Positions 14,054 to 25,559 of a DNA stretch of 64,000 nt are shown here, piece by piece; the stretch's first letter is position 1, and every line of letters begins with the position of its first letter. Source of the DNA: Vezdaea acicularis (lineage: Eukaryota); NCBI GenBank assembly GCA_026025075.1, contig JAPEUI010000028.1:1-64000 (forward strand). Reading direction: 5' to 3'. Both the position numbers and the translations under genes were made by a program. The notes under the pieces are model-generated. The model saw only the letters and a list, made by a program, of their open reading frames with translations. It did not search any database and was not told the origin of the DNA.

Positions 14054-15636
14054 CTACGGAGCGTGACGCCTTTCCTTATGCTGGTCTATACCGCCGGGCT
14101 TTTTGTTTAAGAATTCCTTGAGTTGCCTTAAGTCCGTAGCGAAGAACTTTTGCTTACTGTTGAGATGCCAGACCAGCACCCCGATTTCTTCTGCATACTT
14201 GACGGCGCTGTCATACGCCGCGTATGAGGCAAAGTCCTGGAATAGAAAGCCGGTTGTGGTCTTCATCCGCTCGTTCTCGATCTGCCACAGTCGTATCTGA
14301 TCGACCACAGTAGGCGGCAGAATAGGCATCTGCTTCCGCATCTGAGGGTGCGCGTGCGTCGTAAGGTAGCTGATGATCTGGTCGGAGGTAATTCCACGCT
14401 TGATGGCGCCCTGTATGGAGTCTCGCGTAATACGAGCGGAAACCATATTGGGGAAACGCATGTAAAGCTTCGCGAAGAGTTCTAGAACGGCGATCTGCAG
14501 CGTAGATGATGTGTATGCGTAGATTCGATAGTTTGTTTCAACCAAGATGAACCCCTTTCCGTCACTTGCTTGAAGGCTATTTTGGAAGCTAGCACCTCGC
14601 AACGCGCCAGCGTCTGAGGTGAGCGTTGTGGCAAGGCGGGTAGGATAAAAGCGGTCAGAAGTTGCCTTGCGCTGGTAGACAATCCCGAAGTCTTTCAGGT
14701 GCGACAGCATGGATAGCTGCGAATTGGTTAGTGTAGCCGTGCTATAGTCTTGGCCCAGCTCTAGGCTTCCTAAGGTAAAGAGGAAGGATAGTGCTTCAAC
14801 TTCGTTGAGATCAAGCTATGGCTCATTAACACTGAATGATCAGAACATACTGATTACTTACATTGGCGGATCGCTCAAGAAAAAGTACAAGTAGAGTCCA
14901 GACTTGCGCGTTCACCTCTTGCAGCAGGAAAGAGAAGCCTGTTTCGGTGATGCTGGTAACTCCTCCAGCCCGCTGCATAAGTCCACCTGAGATGAGTAGT
15001 TGCTTCACATTATCACCGGGCTCTACGATGGCATCTCGTTGACCGACTCCAGCACTACCCACAACGTAATGTAGGATGCCCTCCCACTGGAATCTGCAGA
15101 AATCATCGAGAAACTCTATATCGACCTGATGGCTGTCTGGAGTATCGCATGGCACACCAAATGACTGATGGTCTCCTCCGCCAGTGAGTGCCAGCCTGAG
15201 TGATGCAGCGAAGTTCTGGGTAAGGGCTAGGGCCGGAGGGCTCCCTGGTTCTGAGATGGACGTGACCATGTGAAGCCGGGATAGTAAGAGAAGCGTTTGG
15301 GTTTTTTCTCTGGGACAAGATCAGCTACAAGTCGTGCAAGCAATGCTACGAGACTTGCCGCTTGCTTTCTGGCTTGACCCACGACTCGAGCTCGACCACG
15401 GTCAATGGCTGGGTTACATAGAGCATAGCCATTACAAAACTCTTCGCTGCAGAAAGAGTCAGCCATCTAATGGCTCTAGGTCTCGGAAAACCTGTACGTT
15501 ATCGGTACATACCTAAATGAGGCAGCATGCGCCGGAAAATGGCGAGCGCTGTGGAGGGCTGTTTGTATAGCTTCCTAAAGGTGGATCCTTGGAGCGTCTC
15601 CAAGTACTCAAAAGAACGTAGGGATGAGACAGACAT
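14054..15636 (-). CDS. TFB2: TFIIH core subunit p52/Tfb2
   Basis: N-terminus FRKLYKQPSTALAIFRRMLPH, then QWEGILHYVVGS, FYPTRLATTL, ETNYRIYAYT and LPPTVVDQIRLWQIE. Includes a GC-AG intron at 15310-15358. Confidence 0.95.
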
Positions 15637-16031
15637 CGTGATCGATTTTTAATTATAGTTCTTGCAATAGCGGAGCTGATCGGATTCTCATCATGCAGCA
15701 TATCTTGGACCGCGTCCAGGAACACTTAGCTTCAATCTATATCTTACGTGATGATATTGATGACCGTTTGTTTGGATAGATAGAAACTCATATTACACCA
15801 TCAGCAAAGGTGACGGCATATGCCTGTTTGTATATCATGCGCAGCTTGAAGGAAACATCGCGAAGGTAGTGGTAGGCAATGCTCGTTACAGCTCTTTAAA
15901 GTCTCAAGCCTCGGTAAACTAATCCGTAAGGTTAGATTGCCTGACGGCATCACGCTTGTGAAGCTGCATATCTAGACGGATCTTATATTTCAATAGCGCA
16001 ATGACTACGGAGCAAGTAATTTGTAAATACA

Positions 16032-17398
16032 ATGGCAGCTCTACGCTTTGTTCGTTCGGTATGGTCCTTTCCTTGTGCGTCGTTTGCTTGCGCCGAACCA
16101 AAAGGCTATGCAGAGGAGAGCTATTGATAGGCTGTAGGTTTGGAAGGCATTTAGGCAAGACTCCGGTTTGGAACCACGGTAGGAAATTAGCTCCTCTGCT
16201 CCACTGCTTTTGATTTATCTCATATGCATCTTCTTGTTTTGCTATCTGCAAGTCAAAAATTTCCTATCAAAATCTTGGCCTGTTTCAAACTGACGGCCAT
16301 TCTAATGTAGATTGCTTGAAGACGTATGCCCTAACCCAGGGAGGGTGCCGAGTGTGGATGCCTAACTCAACAACAGCTCAAAGTCACCCATGCCCAGCCG
16401 GGGAAAGTAAGTATAGAACTACTTATTCAAAAGGAGCACACGGTAAATCACTACAAAGAAGCTTATATTGGTCTTAGGGCCTTAGGCTAAGTCTTTGTTC
16501 TCCAGAACCGTCTTGGCACACTTCACGGCGGTACCATTGCATCAATTGGTACGTATGCTTGCGAGGATGTATCGTGTTGTTCTAGTCTACTGGTTTTCGA
16601 CCAAATTCCAGGCGATTCCCTGGGTTGGGTAAAGGAGGCGGGTCATACGGAGGACTTCATGTGGCCCATCCTTGTATCAGAGAACTTACAATATCTCTTC
16701 CTGCCGGGGGGGATTCAACTACGGATGGCCACTATACCATGGATTTAGCGTACTCCCTTAATGGTTCTCCAAGTGGACAGGGTTAAAGGAAGTCGCGACG
16801 ATCCCTGCTCCACCAAGTTTGAGGAAACGCTTATAATCTGGGACTTTATATGCAGCTCTTTGAGACCAAGTGCTAATAGTGAAGCAGTCGACCTTGGTGG
16901 GTCTTTAGCAGTAGCATCTCGAGGATTGTATGCTACAGGAGTTTCGACCGACCTTAATGGTATGATCTCCTATTATCCTGGGCATAGACATCTTGTTGAT
17001 TGTGCGAACACAGTCACCTACCTCAAATCTGGTGGGGTCATCGGAGATACAATCCGCGCAGTAAGAACTGTCATTTCACATGGGATCTCCACCAAGCTGA
17101 TTCATCAGTCTAGGATGCTACGTGTGATAAGTGTGAGTTGGCAGAATTGGATGAAGCAGACAGGGCTCACACTAAAACCGTATTTTTAATTAGTTGGCAA
17201 GACTTTAGCGTACACTTCCATCAAATTTCTTAATCAGAAGAATGAGTTAATCGCTAGAGGCAGTCACACTAAGTAGTTGTTCTGACCTTTGATATTCGTC
17301 GCTTGTACTGACATTTGCTTAGGTATGTTGCATTGGCATGGAGGGATCCAAAGAACAATGTCGATGAACTGTCGATGAAAGCAAATTCAAATTCATGA
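16032..17398 (+). CDS. Hotdog-fold acyl-CoA thioesterase (PaaI/ACOT13-THEM2-like), 10 exons, 160 aa
   Basis: Exons 16032-16058, 16138-16178, 16311-16323, 16377-16442, 16506-16548, 16888-16959, 17014-17060, 17114-17132, 17194-17272 and 17323-17398 sum to 483 nt in frame. Motif NRLGTLHGGTIASIVDLGGSLAVASRGLYATGVSTDLNVTYL...GKTLAYT...ARGSHTK. Confidence 0.92.
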
Positions 17399-18395
17399 TT
17401 GCGCAGAGTCCACGAAGAGGCGCCGTGCATTTCGTTCAACGAAACATCATCGGACTTCTCTCATGTCGCAGGAGGACTATACGGAACAAATCTACACTCC
17501 CCTTTGACGCAATATACTGGCTAGTAGTGCCAAAAAAGATGTCCAACGAGCTTCCCTAAAATAGGTCTCTTGCAACAATCTTGCTAATACAGGTGCTCCC
17601 TTTCCGTCTTCGCAAATTCTTGCCTACCTCGTCGCCTGGCTTCGTGCAAATACTACATCTGACACCTTATGAGGTTGACTTTTGTAACTCTTCTCCGGGC
17701 ATGATCTAAGTGTATCTGATTGGATCAGCATCCTTCAGTTAAGGGCCCAACTTCTTGCGGTGATAGTTCAGCCCTGTCATGGACGTTCCGGTCTCAGAGG
17801 GCTCAGCATGGTCCAACCATTGGTGTAGTCATGGAATTCATGGAATGCTGCTAGTGGAGCCCCTATCTCTGGAGAGAAGCTGGCACGGCGTTAGAGTGAA
17901 ATTCCGCAAGGACGATTGAAAATGCTGCGCTGCCGATAAGATAGGGTGCTTAGCGTCCACCGTTTTGAGTGTCGGATGGGGTTTGGCGATGAGTGTTTAG
18001 TATCATGACAAAGGCCACTCGGATTTTTTGGGCTGTTCACAATGAGATAGAGAAGCTTGATGTGATTTTGCTAAATTGTTTTTGTTTCTTTTGCGCTGTT
18101 TGAAAGAACAGCGTCGCTGCGGGGGTATTCAATGACACGCCGTACCCACTTGTGGTGCCTTTGTGGCTAGACTAGGTAACATAGAAGCCCCTGAACCAGT
18201 CCTAGGAAAACTTCAGACTTGCCAAAACCTTGCTATCGTTACATAGCTATGAACCTGTTATATAAACTTCAGAACTTTAACCAGGCGCTGTGCAGAGAGC
18301 TATTTAGAGCTACACAGAGCCAAGTATGTCGAGAAATCCAATCTTTTGGACATATCACACACGTATGGGACTTCCTTCTAGGCTTCAGGAAACCA

Positions 18396-21300
18396 TCAGA
18401 TCACCAGCGCATCGCTTGAATGGCCAGACGGACTACCATTATTTGCATCAACAATGATCATATCATCCCCATCCCCAGTACTTGCAACCGATTCACCCTT
18501 CAAAGCCGCCATCTTGGCTGTGGTCATCGTGTACACATATTGGCCCAAGTGCTCGACACTGACCATTTCAGTTGCCTCTACTTCATCAGAGACTAATCGT
18601 GCCGAGGGAAATATCTCCCCGGGAACGAGCTGTAAGATATCCGGCCGCTCCAGCAGCCTATCAAATGCCTCCTTTAGCTCATAACAGGATTCGAACACAT
18701 CCCTTCGCCCAAAAATGTAAAGCCCAAGCCGGGCCCGAGAGAGCGCAACAGTCATTCGTCGGATATCCCTAAGAAAACCGGGGCTGCGTGTACGGGTCAG
18801 TGAGAGGATAATGTCTATCAATAGTCATGTCAGCTGGTACTCTACGTTGTCCATTAATTCAGGAGAAGCTTACAATCATTCTGCTCTCCTTGATACTTAT
18901 CCACCGTATTGACCGCTTTTGGCAGCCCGAACAGGGGATTTTTCGCGCAGCGGTGACTCAGAACATCCCAAATCAGTGCCCGCTGTCCAGCGTACATTGT
19001 AAGAATTGAGATTTTAGATGCTGGATACCCCAGTAGCCTCATGTACTGATATAAAGCAACGGCATACTCTGCTTCGCCCAGGTTTTGAATGAAATGCGGG
19101 GATGGCTCGGCCTCTCCAACGCCTTTGTAGTCCGGTACGTTAATGAACTGATAGTCATATTTAAAGCCAGCATTTGCGGCGAGAAACTCGGCCCCCGTTT
19201 CAACACTCGGTAGATTCCCAAGTCGCTCGTACCGCCAGGAATATAACTTTGCTATGCTTGGACGTGCGCGTCCTTGTTGGTCAAGATGTATCGTTGGGAC
19301 ACCTAGTCGAACGAATCGAAGAAATAGACTTTGTTCTAAATTGGCATAGTGACGGAAGGCCAAGTTCTGAATAACGGGAGAGTTTTGGAGGTGATCTCCA
19401 CATAGTACAACACGCTGGAGCGGTAATTCACCATCTTTAACACTCTGAAGGGCCAAAGGAATGAAGGTCTCAATTTCTGTAATCTGGGCGGCCTCTTCCA
19501 TGACCACATTGTCATAATGGAAGCCCAGTCTAGCGATTTCTTGCCTTCTCATTGCCGCATGCGTTGATGTCATAGCGATGATGCGTGCTTCCTTGATTAG
19601 CAGATAGTTTGCTTTATCTCGCTGGGTCCGTAGAATTTCGAAAGGCCTGATATCTTCTAGTTCGGTGAATATCTTGCAGATATGCGTGTAGCATCCTTGC
19701 GCGATCTCTATTGCTTGTTCTCGAGTGGCGTCGACGGGAAAGAGCGGTTGAGGCGCATTCGAAAAGTAGAAATGGAAAGGGAAGGCATGAACTATCTCCG
19801 CGGAAGTTATTTTTTTGGACATAACCGTATCCATGAATTTTGTCCATGCCGGCTTGACGTAGACAGAGTTGAAATAGTCTGCTGTCTCACAGCTATCACC
19901 ATGAGCTCCAGGGGCGCCAAAATTAGCAGCTAGCCGGTTGATCTCGGTCAAGTATCTGACTCTGTTCTCTAGAAAGGACTCAACTCGACCATGCTTGCTA
20001 TAACTCTCCTCGGTATCAAGCTCCTCCTCCCCGTGCCCGAGCCGAAGAAGATGGCGCGCATCAATGTCGAGGGCTACTATCTTCTGGAACAATTGATTAA
20101 GTGCTTGGTTGGAGTGGGCTACAAGTAATGTCCGTTGTTCTGGAAAATCGTGGTAAAGGTTATTGATTATTTGAGTGGCGACATCGGTTTTACCAGTCCC
20201 TGGGGGGCCAATGATGATTGTAAGCCCTGGCTGGGTTCCAGACACAATAGCCTCAATCTGCGCTGGCGTGAATCTTACTTTGTTCAGCTTGAGGACATCC
20301 GTAGGGTAAGGACCGGTGTTAGGGGGTTTGTATGATGAGACACGAATACGATCAATCTGAGGAGTAGAAGGTCCTTCTTGAGCGCGTCGGCGTTTTTTCG
20401 GTAGTTGTGCAGGCTTTGGTGAAGACTCATCTCGGGCTATTTCCAAAATGTATGGAGGCGGAAAGCTAGAATCAACGTCATCTTTTGGTTCCACAACTTT
20501 GCCAGCAAAGCTCTGAACCAAATGCTCCCAGTTAATGAAGGTGTCCCTGAAGTCAAGGGATCTGATTTGATTTGGTAAACGGGTATAATTGGCGCTATGA
20601 GGGTCCCCAAAACCCAGAAAGACTTCTTGCATCCAGGACGGTATTGGAACGCTGGAAAGGGTCAGATTCTGAATTGATTCGAGAATCGGTTTGAAATTAT
20701 TCTCCCTTCCTTTCCTGCGGATGATGAAATTTATGGTTTCGTATATGTCTAGCTTGCCCTTCACGGATCTTTCCTTATCTTTCTTGAAACTCGCCGCGTC
20801 GACATTCAAAAGCAATCGCCGCAACCGTGGCCTGCGCGAGTAGTCGCGATTTTCTCTTAACGATCTGCCGCTCTCATCTAGAACTTGATGAACCTCAGCA
20901 GCTCGGAGGAATCGCAGTCCCAGCTTTTCGGATTCATTTACGGGGAAGCTTCCATTCATTTGGATCTTAATTTCATCAATCTCCTGGACGGTAGCCAGGA
21001 AGACAACATCATCTTGACGAAGAGAGTCCCATTCATTCCGGACTTTATCTGCCATATGGCTTACGTCGAGTGCAATTTCCATACGCACGAAAGCAGGCTT
21101 GTCATCTCCCACCTTTGCAAGAGCCACCTCTATAACAGCTGGTTTGGAGATAGGTGCGGCCATTTTTGAGAACCCAAACTGGCCACGTCTATCTGAGGAA
21201 TTAGACCTAGGCTGTAATAAACGCTTGAGAATGTCTTCAAGATGTTTCCGAATCTCAAAGAACGTCTCACATCGATATAGAATGAATGATCTCCAGAGAA

Positions 21301-22824
21301 AGTCGCCAACTGTTAGGTATTGCAGGTTCAATTTCGGAATTGCCAAAGGTCTTGAGCCATTATAATACTCATTACGAAACAAACTGGCCTCGAATAGCGA
21401 TTCTTCCGTAGGCAAGATGCTTAGCTCTTTTGCAACCTCTTGGAAGGACTTGCGCCTCTCATGTGCTACTATCAGTATTTCTAAGAGAAGCGGCCTATTT
21501 ACAGCGAGCTTGAGAGACTTTGGATAACTCGTCCGAAAGTCGAGGTGTTCACATAGATCAATTAACTCTTGGTCCGTCAAACTTTTCAAGTGGCTCTCTA
21601 GCTCCGCCCGCTGGTCTATCGACCCATAGTTTGATAATGCTAAGATTGTGAGTTTCGATCTGAAGTGCTTTAATGAGACCCTCTGAAGTTTGGCCAAAGC
21701 AGCCGAATGCACATCTTGATCGGTGTCTACAGAAGCTTGGGCTCCTGTCACGCTATCGATCGGAAAATGTACATAATGTCGAAACAACCTGTAGAGATCT
21801 CTAAGGAGTCCATTCTCTTCGTTGTTAAACATCGGAGAAAGCCGAATGATCGGTAGGATATTCATATCAACTAAAAGAGCGTTTACGTATCGCCGCGTAG
21901 GTAATTGGCTCTGCAAGTCGATTAAAAACTCAACGTACCTCTCACAATACACTGTAACGGCCGATTAGAGTAGTTAACAACTTAGGGTAGCACGCCTTAC
22001 AAAGAGAAGCCTCATTGTCTTCCTGAAGTAAGCTTAGGAATTCCAAGCTCATAGAGAACAGCCAGGATCTTTCAAAGCGTAGCCTCGCTTGAGTTAAATC
22101 ATCTGCAGCATCGTAGCGTTTCTTTGATGCTCTCCAGGCCTTGCGTAATTGCGAATGATTCTCGAAAAATGATTCTCTAGAGCTCTCTCCCGCCAGGTTG
22201 TGCCATATAGAGATGGAGACAAGCGGGGCGCATTCCTTTCTAACAAGAGCACTATCAAGGGATTGGAAAGCATCAATGGCGAAGCCGAGGAGGTTGGTAC
22301 GAACAGGCAAGGCTATTGATTGGTCTAGTGTCATAGAGAGGATTCGATGGAAAAGAGATGAGAAATTAGAGGCATTATCAACGAAGATGTCTAGTAGGGT
22401 TAGCACCATTTCCTTAGAACAGTCGAAGAAACCTACTCCATTTTGGCAAGCTTTCGCGTGCCTTGACATGCACCATAAACGCAATTAGAAGTACATGGAT
22501 ATTTGATGAGTCCTCGGAATAACCAGGCCAAAGATAGCTACAAATAGTAAGCTTACGCCGAAAAGCTCTAAGGAAATGATTCTACCTTTCAAGGAATTGC
22601 AGATTTTCCAAAAGTAGAAGCGATCTGAAATCAAACTTCTCAGATTCTAGAACATCCCATATCTCCGTCTTCAGAACCTCCGGCTTCACCTTTGGCGCCT
22701 GCGATTTGCCTAACCAATGAATTTTCGCAAGCTCCGCATATGGATTGTCACCCCGGAGGTCTGCGACAGTGGGCCTTCCCATTTGGTATTGTCCATCTTG
22801 AATGGCGGGCTGATTTTGTGCCAT
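18396..22824 (-). CDS. AQR: Intron-binding SF1 RNA helicase Aquarius (IBP160/Cwf11)
   Basis: DLQSQLPTRRY, PKLNLQYLT, RRKGRENNFK, Walker A GPPGTGKT, MEEAAQITEIE, TVDKYQGEQND and RRMTVALSRARLGLY. Confidence 0.96.
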
Positions 22825-23091
22825 GTCAAAACTCGAGTTGTTGTCTATGTCGGCGCATGGTACAACGAACCTAGCCTTGCATTTGTTGATATAAAGTTAC
22901 ATATTTTTTCGGTCTTTATGCCAAGAAATTTGCGCGTCTTGTCGAACAAAGTTTCTCAAGGCGCGCTAAAACACATTAGTGGCCGCCTGCCTCATCTGTT
23001 TGACGCAGGTACCTGAAACGAACCTTCATTATACTATGACACAACCCACGAACTCTGCGCAAAACCTCAATTCCAGAAGATTCAGCCCACC

Positions 23092-25399
23092 ATGGCGATT
23101 TATGACATCCCATCTGTAGATCGCTACTCTAGTGCACTTCGCGAGCTGCTGCTCAAAGCGCAGACCATAAAACCGGCTGCGACAATAGAACCGCCTTTGA
23201 CTTCCTTGGATTTTGGAGTTGATCTTGATCGGGTGGGCTCTGGCAAGCAACAATACGCCGCAATTGAAACAGCATGCAGAGATCTATTTTATGACATCTT
23301 AGTATGCTCTATAGTCTACGTTCCCTGGTTTGCCTCCTAACAAACGGCAGTATCTGTCCAGGGAGGGGAAGACTTCATTCTCACAGATCTGGAATCTATT
23401 AGATATTATCACAATCTTCTCAGACAATGGTGAAAATATAGACATGCGGTCTAGTCATAATATCCTAACGAGCAAATAGGGCAATGCGATCCGACACTTA
23501 TTTTCTGGCTCGTTGAGGAACTTCTGGATAGCCAAACAATCGAGGGATGCAAGGTTGTGTTCGATTATCTTGAGTCGAGACGGGAGCGGCTAGTTACGGT
23601 ATGACTCCTCCAATACTAGACCAAAGTTAGTAAGGAGGATTTGGGCTGAAGAGTTGGACAGAAAAATTTCCATGACAAACATCTTGTTATATTACGATCA
23701 TGCAATCAGCTATTACGTCGGCTTTCTCGAGCAGAGGATACCGTATTTTGCGGCCGAGTGTTTATATTCATGTTCCAGAGTTTTCCCTTAGGCGACAGGA
23801 GCTCTATCAACCTTCGCGGGGAGTTTCACGTCGAGAACGTTACTGTTTATGATATCTTGTCAGGGAAGTCTGTCGAAGAAGGAAAAATGGAAGTGGACTC
23901 GCCTCAACAGAAGCAAATGGAGGAGACGGCCGCAAACAGCAAAGCTGTCGCGTCGCCTGTGCAAAGAACAGACACTCTTGTGGGAGCTGAACAGGCTTCT
24001 AGTCAAGCAAAGTCGATGGCCAAGGATGTAAACCCAGAGAAGAGCGTGGAACTGATGGATATGGACTCTCTGTATCCCATATTTTGGAGTCTACAGAAGA
24101 GCTTCTCCCAACCAGTAACTTTATTCGACCCAGAAAGCTTCCAAAGCTTCAAGGACGGGCTGAAGGTCACAATAGCAAGGTTTAAAGTAGCTCAGAAGAG
24201 CCAGGAAGGCCGAGGAGTCACGTCGGCGATCGATGCCAAGACGAAGGGGTTGAAGAGAAAACGTGGGGATGAGAATGGCGATCAGGCAAGCGGTTTCAAT
24301 CCAAAATATCTAACGAGCAGGGACCTCTTCGAGCTAGAGGTGAGCGACCCTTTGACAAGTGTAAGTATGCGCGCAAAAGCTCACTGTTACACAGATCAGC
24401 GACTTGGCTTTTCGTCGTTACATCCTTGTTCAAGCTTTGATATTGATTGACTTCTTGCTGTCCCTCACATCAGACGCGAAGGAAAAGTTACTCAGATCTA
24501 ATCCTACCAACAAATCGGTTCTTTACCCTTGGAATTTGAGTAAAGATGATGTATGACGTCTCACCAGAAATATATCCTTGATTTGCTCCCCGTAAAGACG
24601 TCTGTACTAACAACAGTTCTAGGAAAAATGGGCAAATGAAACAAAGTTGATAATTTCCAATCATCTTAAGGAAGCTCCGGATGGCAACTTCTATTATCGA
24701 ATGGTTGAAACAGTACTGTCCCGAGACAAGAACTGGGTACAGTGGAAAGCCCTAGGTTGTCCAGCTATAGATCTTTCCCCCTTTCCTCCGGGCCAATATC
24801 AAGAAGCCTTGAATGGGATGAAGTCTGTTGCTACCACAAGGAGACTTCGAAGCCAGCCAATGGGCGCTGTCGACGTAAGCTTTCTGAGAGACAACACAAG
24901 CAACGGTCTTGAAGCGTTAAGAGACGTGAAACGGTATAAGATACCGACCGTGGAAGAGCTTCAAATCAAGATCTTGGATGATGAGTTCGATATCGATATG
25001 ACTGTAGGCGAGGAGAAGGAGGCAGCCCTCGCAGCGAAAGCGAGTAAGACGTGGCGGGCATTACGAATTGCGAGCAAGAATCGATTGAGAAAGTTCAACA
25101 AGATAGATGAGAACGCGAACAATCTAAGGCCACTGACAGAACCAGACGTGAAGGAAGCAGAGGCGGAGGTCTCCGTTGAGGAGGAGAAAGCGAGTGGTGA
25201 AGAGGATAAAATAGAAGAGACGGCAGATCATGGTCAGGAGAGGGGTGTGGAGGTAAGTAAGCTGGGCGACGAAGTAATGACCGAAGCACCTGAAATCAAA
25301 GTTGATCCTCTGGGGATGGGAGAACCACCGGGCAATTTGGGGAGCAGCCGGGAGACAACTTCTTTGCAACAGCCTATTCAATCTATCGCTGAAACATAG
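23092..25399 (+). CDS. THOC1: THO complex subunit 1 (Hpr1/THOC1), multi-exon
   Basis: LLRRLSRAEDTVFCGRVFIFMFQSFPLGDRSSINLRG, FNPKYLTSRDLFELE and VETVLSRDKNWVQWK. Confidence 0.93.
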
Positions 25400-25559
25400 C
25401 TGTATGTATATATATTGGGCCTCACAAATGCACCATAGTCACCCTTAATACCACTGCAATCTTTATTGGGAAAGTTCTTCACGTACAACTCCGCTTTCAT
25501 TAATTCAAACAATGCCCCTCGACTGCACGGCCTAATCCAATTGAAATCAAAATCTCTGT

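Noticed and set aside
16329..16337. CCCTAACCC, a possible telomerase RNA template
   Set aside because: It lies inside a short intron of the thioesterase gene, and 9-mers of this class are expected by chance in 64 kb.
16761..17189. 142-aa ORF in the track
   Set aside because: Read-through of intron and exon sequence of the spliced thioesterase gene.
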